Assembly (NCBI GenBank): GCA_963823655.1
Contig: CAWGMK010000010.1
Coordinates: 352,001-416,000, forward strand
Length of the DNA stretch: 64,000 nt
Direction: 5' to 3'
From: an uncultured Bacillota bacterium
GTDB lineage: Bacteria > Bacillota > DTU025 > MWDF01
The translations under genes were made by a program, and so were the position numbers. The notes under the pieces are model-generated. The model made no database searches, was not told the DNA's origin, and was given only the letters and a program-made list of their open reading frames with translations. Every line of letters starts with the position of its first letter. Position 1 is the stretch's first letter. Below are positions 53,905-64,000 of the stretch, piece after piece.

Positions 53905-55683
53905 ATGTCTTACTTATCTTTGTACAGGCAATGGCGGCCTCAGACATTCGAGGACATCGTAGGGCAGGAGCATATAGTCCGCACGCTGAGAAACGCGATT
54001 TCAAACTCGCGCGTCGTACACGCCTATATGTTTGCCGGCCCCAGGGGCACGGGGAAGACTTCGACTGCGAAGGTATTTGCGAAGGCCCTGAACTGCTCCG
54101 AAGGGCCCACGATCAAGCCTTGCGGGGTTTGCGTGTCCTGCGTCGCGGTCAAAGAGGGCAACGCCCTTGATGTAATCGAAATTGACGCTGCATCCAACAG
54201 GGGAATAGATGAGATTCGAGACCTAAGGGACAAGGTCAGGTTCTCGCCTGCCCAGGGCCGCTACAAGGTCTATATAATTGATGAAGTCCACATGCTGACC
54301 ATGGAAGCTTTCAACGCCCTGTTAAAGACGCTTGAGGAGCCTCCATCGCATGCAATATTCATATTGGCCACTACAGAAGCCAACAGGGTTCCTTCCACAA
54401 TATTGTCCAGATGCCAGAGGTTCGACTTCAACCGCCTTAATGTGACGCAGCTGTCGGCACATCTTAAAAGGATATGCGACGAGATAGGGGTCAAGTACGA
54501 AGCGGATGCGCTAACGCTCATCGCAAGGCGCGCCGAGGGAAGCGCCAGAGACTCGTTAGGCCTCCTGGAGCAGGTAAGCGCCGCAGGCGAAAAGATTACC
54601 ACCGGCATGATAGCCGATATGCTGGGTGCTACGAATTTCGACCGCCTTACCGATATAGCCGAAGCCATCGCAAACTCCGATACAGGAAAGCTATATCCCC
54701 TGATATCCGATACGCTTTCCTCGGGCACTGACCCAAGGCAGCTTCTGGGCGAGATGGGCGAGCACTTCATGGACCTGATGCTCGCATCCGAATGCCCCGA
54801 CAGGAAAGATCTGCTGCATTCAGGCGAGGAGAGATTCCCTCAGCTGTCAAAAGCGGCAGCAATGTTCCGTAAAGGAAGGCTGCATTCGATAATAAAGTCG
54901 ATAGGGTTGGGGCTCGCCGAGATAGGCAAAGCACACAACCCCAGGCTTACGCTCGAACTGTTCCTCGCAAGGCTGATCCAGGACGCATCCGCAGCCATTT
55001 CTCCGGAAGCCGCAGTAGAAGTCGCCGGACCTAGAACGGGAGAGGGGCAAGCGACAGTCCCCGCCCCCACGAAGAGGCAGCAGTCTGCGACCCAGGCATC
55101 AGAGAAGGTACACCCTGCCTCCGAGAAATCGGAGAAGGCCGAGAAGGCCGGAGAGCAGGCAGTTCAGCCGAATAAGCAGGAAGCGACGGAAATCGCCGAC
55201 GTAAAGACGTCCGAGGCGCAGCCCCAAGGCACAACGCAGATATGGAATAAGGTGCTTGAGCAGCTAAGAAGAAGGAATGTGCGCGTCGAGGCCTTTGCCA
55301 GGCAGGCGGTACCACACTTCGACGGCGCTGCACTCACACTTGAGTACACTTCGGATTGGTTCTTCCATCATCAGAAGATGAAGGAGGAGGCCAATGAGGC
55401 CCTTATGAAGGAGATAGTCAAGGAAGTCGCGGGCCCGTCAGTGGAATACAGATGCCTGCTGCTTAAAGAGGGCGAAAAGCCCTCCTCAGAGGCTTCTGCG
55501 GCGAAAAAGCCTGCTAAGCAGGCCCATAAGCAGGAGTCAACCGTAGTAAAGCCAGGCGATGAGGGAGCAGCCTCAAAGGCGGACGATGGGACCAAAATCA
55601 AGGACGAAGAGAAAGTTCAAAAGAGCCTAGACAAGCTCAAGGCGCTTTTCAGCGAAGTTGAGATAAAGATAGTAGAGGAATAG
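53905..55683 (+). CDS. dnaX: DNA polymerase III subunit gamma/tau
   Basis: YRQWRPQTF, GPRGTGKT, four-Cys Zn site, DEVHML, SRCQ. Confidence 0.96.
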   Translation: MSYLSLYRQWRPQTFEDIVGQEHIVRTLRNAISNSRVVHAYMFAGPRGTGKTSTAKVFAKALNCSEGPTIKPCGVCVSCVAVKEGNALDVIEIDAASNRGIDEIRDLRDKVRFSPAQGRYKVYIIDEVHMLTMEAFNALLKTLEEPPSHAIFILATTEANRVPSTILSRCQRFDFNRLNVTQLSAHLKRICDEIGVKYEADALTLIARRAEGSARDSLGLLEQVSAAGEKITTGMIADMLGATNFDRLTDIAEAIANSDTGKLYPLISDTLSSGTDPRQLLGEMGEHFMDLMLASECPDRKDLLHSGEERFPQLSKAAAMFRKGRLHSIIKSIGLGLAEIGKAHNPRLTLELFLARLIQDASAAISPEAAVEVAGPRTGEGQATVPAPTKRQQSATQASEKVHPASEKSEKAEKAGEQAVQPNKQEATEIADVKTSEAQPQGTTQIWNKVLEQLRRRNVRVEAFARQAVPHFDGAALTLEYTSDWFFHHQKMKEEANEALMKEIVKEVAGPSVEYRCLLLKEGEKPSSEASAAKKPAKQAHKQESTVVKPGDEGAASKADDGTKIKDEEKVQKSLDKLKALFSEVEIKIVEE

Positions 55684-55702
55684 TGATTCGGAGGTATTCG
55701 AA

Positions 55703-56020
55703 ATGGGCATGAACATGCAGAACATGATGAAACAGGTCCAGAAGATGCAAAAGGACGTAGCAAGGGTCCAAGCTGAGCTGGCCGAGACCAAAGTGGAGGG
55801 GACTGCGGGCGGCGGCGCCGTCAAAGCGGTCTTCACATGCGCAAAAGAGCCTGTGGAGTTCAAGATCGACCCTTCTGCCGTTGATCCGGATGATGTGGAA
55901 ATGCTTGAGGAGCTAATCCTTGCGGCCACCAAAGAGGCTCTCAAGGCGGCCGAGGATGTAGCCCAGAAGCAGATGTCGCGCGTTACCGGAGGGATGAACA
56001 TCCCAGGTATGGGCTTCTAG
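55703..56020 (+). CDS. ybaB: YbaB/EbfC nucleoid-associated protein
   Basis: MKQVQKMQ, AGGGAV, DVEMLEELI; lies between dnaX and recR. Confidence 0.95.
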   Translation: MGMNMQNMMKQVQKMQKDVARVQAELAETKVEGTAGGGAVKAVFTCAKEPVEFKIDPSAVDPDDVEMLEELILAATKEALKAAEDVAQKQMSRVTGGMNIPGMGF

Positions 56021-56028
56021 GAGGGCGC

Positions 56029-56625
56029 ATGAAATCTCCCGAATCCATGGTCAAACTGGTGGAAGAGCTAAGGAAGCTGCCCGGCGTCGGGCCTAAGACG
56101 GCAGGCCGCCTCGCTCTATATATAATAGGCATGGACTCAGAGTCAGTTACCGGCCTTGCGGATGCGATGGTAGCAGCCAAGCAGAAGATGCACGCTTGTC
56201 CGCGCTGCTACAACCTGACCGACGAGGACATATGCGGAGTATGCTCGGATGATGGCCGTGAAAAAGGGATGATTTGCGTAGTAGAAGGCCCCGAGGACGT
56301 CATAGCGCTTGAGCGTATGGGCGAATACAATGGCCTCTATCATGTGCTTGGAGGCAACATATCCCCCATGAACGGCACCGGACCCGATGACGTAAGGCTC
56401 AGGGAGCTGCTGGAAAGGTTGAAGGAAGGCAATATTACGGAGGTAATACTTGCCACCGACCCGGACGTCGAAGGGGAAGCCACATCCATGTACATCGCAA
56501 GGCTTATCGATTCTTCGGGAATCAAGGTCACCAGGCTGGCCAGAGGGCTTCCTGTAGGAGGAGACCTGGAATATGCCGACGAGGTGACTCTCGCAAGGGC
56601 CATGGAAGGTAGAAGGAAGCTATAA
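56029..56625 (+). CDS. recR: Recombination mediator RecR
   Basis: LPGVGPKTA, C4 zinc finger, YHVLGG, EGEAT, GGDLEYAD. Confidence 0.96.
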   Translation: MKSPESMVKLVEELRKLPGVGPKTAGRLALYIIGMDSESVTGLADAMVAAKQKMHACPRCYNLTDEDICGVCSDDGREKGMICVVEGPEDVIALERMGEYNGLYHVLGGNISPMNGTGPDDVRLRELLERLKEGNITEVILATDPDVEGEATSMYIARLIDSSGIKVTRLARGLPVGGDLEYADEVTLARAMEGRRKL

Positions 56626-56690
56626 ATCGGCCTGTTTAGCTGTTAAAAAAGGAAACCTGGTATTTCGGCTGTTTTTTATGGATTTTCCTG

Positions 56691-56758
56691 TTGACTTAGC
56701 CATTCGGTAATGATAAATTATTCATTGTCGCGTCTAACGAGCGGCGGCTCTTTGAAAA
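56691..56758 (+). promoter_or_regulatory. rRNA promoter and boxA
   Basis: TTGACT-17 bp-TAAATT with extended -10 TG; boxA-like GCTCTTTGAAAA. Confidence 0.7.
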
Positions 56759-56910
56759 CCGGGAATAGGGAAGGACAGCAAACGAGGAAAGAAGAGAGAG
56801 AAAGAGACTCTAAATAAGCGAGCGGGCGAAGAGGATCTTTGAGAAACTTGTCAGCGGATGAAAAAAAGCTAGGTTAGAGCAGACCTCTAATGGGGTTTAG
56901 CGATAAACTT

Positions 56911-58453
<1,543 letters not shown>

Positions 58454-58749
58454 TTAGGCAAAGCGCTTAGGCGCCGAGCCGAAGACTTCAGGTCGATGAT
58501 CAATTCGTCCATCAAAGCTCGCGCCGGTGGCTGACAAGCCGGCGGGTCAATGACTCTCTCAGACAACTCGTAAGTTCAACTTCCATGTTCCCGGTTTCCA
58601 GGGAGTCTTCCTTGGAGTGCTCTTTGGCAACCGCATAAGGGAAAAGTGAAGAGGAAAGAAAAAAAGGGTAACAAAAGGCAAGTGTATACAGTCCAGGCGA
58701 ATACCTGGGAAAAGATAGAAGAAGCGCGTAAAGGGAAATAAAGACAATT

Positions 58750-61694
<2,945 letters not shown>

Positions 61695-61812
61695 TTTCAT
61701 AGCGGACTTCTGCTTAGGAACAGATATCCGCCGTGACTGTAGCTTGCCCAACCCATTACCCCAAAATCCATCCTCTTCTTCAATTCACCTTTTGCGGTTG
61801 CCAAAGGGCATT

Positions 61813-61929
61813 TTCCGGTGGCAATGGCGGAGGGGCCACACCTGTTCCCATTCCGAACACAGTAGTTAAGCCCTCCAGCGCCGATGGTACTCGGCTGGCA
61901 ACGGCCCGGGAGAGTAGGACGCCGCCGGA
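61813..61929 (+). rRNA. rrf: 5S rRNA
   Basis: CCTGTTCCCATTCCGAACAC, GCCGATGGTA, GGGAGAGTAGG. Confidence 0.96.
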
Positions 61930-61938
61930 TCTTTAGTT

Positions 61939-61973
61939 AAAGGCCTTCGCTTATCGCGAGGGCCTTTTTCTTT
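61939..61973 (+). terminator. rrn terminator
   Basis: AAAGGCCTTCGC-TTATC-GCGAGGGCCTTTTT. Confidence 0.8.
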
Positions 61974-62057
61974 GCGCAAAATCGCCGAAATTGAACCTTA
62001 TACTGCCAATATCTGATAGAATATTCGCGGGATAAAAGAAGCAAGGAGTTGTTAATC

Positions 62058-63447
62058 TTGTCATCTACGGTAACGCCTGTGTCCCCCAAAGCATTGGAAT
62101 CCGCAAATGTACTAAGAAGGCTGGTTAAATGGATCCTCATAGGAGTGCTGGCCGGATTGCTTTCTGCAATAGGGATTATCGCCTTCTTGAAGCTTCTTAT
62201 ATACCGGAATCGAGTATGCCCATGAGGCGGGCGACTTCTGGTGGCTGTTGCTGCCAGTGGGCGGCTTCATAAGCACATTATTGATAATGAACGTTGCGCC
62301 GCAGGCGTTCGGGCATGGCACCGAAGCTGTAATAAGGTCGGTCAACCAGGGCAACGGGAACATCCCGTTCATAGTAGCGCCTGTTAAGGCAATCGCCACC
62401 GTAATATCCATATCCGCCGGCGCATCCCTGGGCAAGGAAGGCCCTTCAGCGCAGATAGGCGGGGCTATAACATCCACTCTAGGAAAGCTTCTAAGGCTCG
62501 AGAAAGAGGATCTGAGAAGATTGACGCTCTGCGGCATGGCGGCCGGCTTCTCAATAGTAAGCGGCGCCCCGATCGCCGGTGCGATATTCGCGACTGAGGC
62601 GCTGGTGCTGGGCTCCCTGAACTACACTTACCTTCTTCCCAGCCTGATTACCTCCGTGACCTCTGTGTATGCCGCAAGGCTATTCGATCAGAGGTTCGAG
62701 CTTCACATCTACCATCCATTGTGGGACATAGTCGAAAGGGGCGAGCTGTGGAAGGGCGTTGAGGAATTCTCACTTGCCAGTTCCATGCCTTTGCTGCTTC
62801 TTACCATACTCGGCGCTGTAGTAATTGGCCTCGCAGCCCTGCTGTTCACGAAGGCGGCCGAAGTATCGGAGACCGTCTTCCACAAGATCAAGCTCTGGAT
62901 GCCTTTGAAGACCGCCCTTGGCGGCATCGTACTCGTTGTGCTCGCCCTGGTATTCGGCAGGGAGTATCTGGGCCTCGGGATGCATGAGCTGTGCGATCCC
63001 GCATTAGCCGGCGAGCAGGTCTCCTATTTCGCCTTCGCGCTGAAGATCCTGTTCGTCGCAGTGAGCCTCGGATGCGGTTTCAGCGGAGGCGCCATGACCC
63101 CCATATTCGTAATCGGCTCAGTAGCAGGTGCTGCCTTCGGCAGGGCTTTAGGGCTGGACATACAGTTTGCGGCCGGCATCGGCATAGTGGCGTTCCTCGC
63201 GGGCGCGGCCAACACTCCCATTACCGCCGCGGTCCTCGGACTTGAACTTTTCGGCCCGTCATTCGGCATATATGGGGCGATTGCGGCCCTCATCGGCTAC
63301 ACAGTCTCGGGGCATACCAGCATAAATGCCAGCCAGATATTCGGCGGCCCGAAGATCTGCTCAGGGGACGATTGCCCGGGCCTTGGCAAGTCATTCGAGG
63401 AGATACAGTGGGAGCACCACTCGCATAACTGGCGGCAGAATCCTTAA
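62058..63447 (+). CDS. ClC family chloride channel/antiporter; frameshift near 62200
   Basis: GHGT, GKEGP, GGAMTP and ANTPI motifs. The N-terminus (KWILIGVLAG) lies in another frame, from a TTG behind AAGGAG. Confidence 0.88.
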
Positions 63448-63577
63448 GAAGCGGCCTTGCCTTAGGGCGGGGCCGCTATTTGCTGCACTTTTCACAAAAT
63501 AGCGAAATGTTAACATCAATAGGCCCAAGTCGTTATATAATTATTAAAATACATGAGATTGAACTGGAGGAGAAAGA

Positions 63578-64000
63578 ATGCTTCGCACACATACTTGCGG
63601 CGAGATCAAAGCATCCGATGCTGGAAAAGAAGTCAAAATTTGCGGCTGGGTTCAGGTAGTAAGGGACCATGGAGGGCTCCTTTTCCTTGATCTTAGGGAC
63701 CGCTACGGTATAACCCAGGTCTCTGTCAGGCCGGAGATGGACGCTATCGCTCGCAGAGCTGGTGAAATCGCTCTCGAGGGAGAGCGTAATCCAAGTATGC
63801 GGCGAAGTCGCCATAAGGCCCAAAGAGGCAGTGAATAAGAACATTGCGACCGGAGAAGTAGAAGTGCTCGCGACATCGGTACAGGTATTCACAAGGGCAG
63901 AGAGCGTTCTTCCGATAGAGACCTCAGACGATAAGAAGGCTAATGAGGAGACCAGGCTTAAGTACAGGTATCTGGACCTTAGAAGGCCGAGCCTCCAAGC
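63578..64000 (+). CDS. aspS: Aspartate--tRNA ligase (N-terminal part, 3'-truncated, frameshifted)
   Basis: [30 protein letters not shown]; TGEVEV and [12 protein letters not shown] follow after a frame change. Confidence 0.92.

Noticed and set aside
55501-55512. dnaX -1 frameshift site (tau/gamma)
   Set aside because: The sequence is G AAA AAG, not A AAA AAG. It lies near the C-terminus, and I saw no clear stimulatory hairpin.
61975-62060. Fluoride riboswitch or CLC-F exporter
   Set aside because: No crcB-motif sequence seen. The protein has GKEGP/GAMTP rather than the GREGT/GEVTP CLC-F signatures.

Overview
Core-chromosome segment (about 55-58% GC by eye) of an anaerobic, probably peptide/amino-acid-fermenting Bacillota-like bacterium. 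The Bacillota assignment rests on a Bacillus-type long SRP RNA, a T-box-controlled serS, a Gram-positive-type LexA box, and the gene orders tadA-tRNA-Ser-SRP-dnaX-ybaB-recR-rrn and coaX-hflX-dusB-greA-lysS. It also encodes a LolA-like protein and two beta-barrel-like secreted proteins, which suggests a diderm lineage. The window holds about 50 CDS, 7 tRNAs, the SRP RNA and one 16S-23S-5S operon. I saw no mobile element or CRISPR array. At least 12 genes, including essential serS and aspS, are split by small indels, most likely long-read consensus errors. Best novelty candidate: a promoter, Tyr-rich leader peptide (MQASISIREMNRYYTYMTACLCAYRRV), 19-bp hairpin and terminator directly upstream of a lyase with tyrosine phenol-lyase-specific residues, i.e. 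a possible tyrosine-sensing ribosome-dependent inducing attenuator. Other candidates: a LolA-like + RND + beta-barrel operon with no MFP/TolC, an SOS-box-controlled small gene + Y-family polymerase cassette, and a Trp-rich insertion in exonuclease III.
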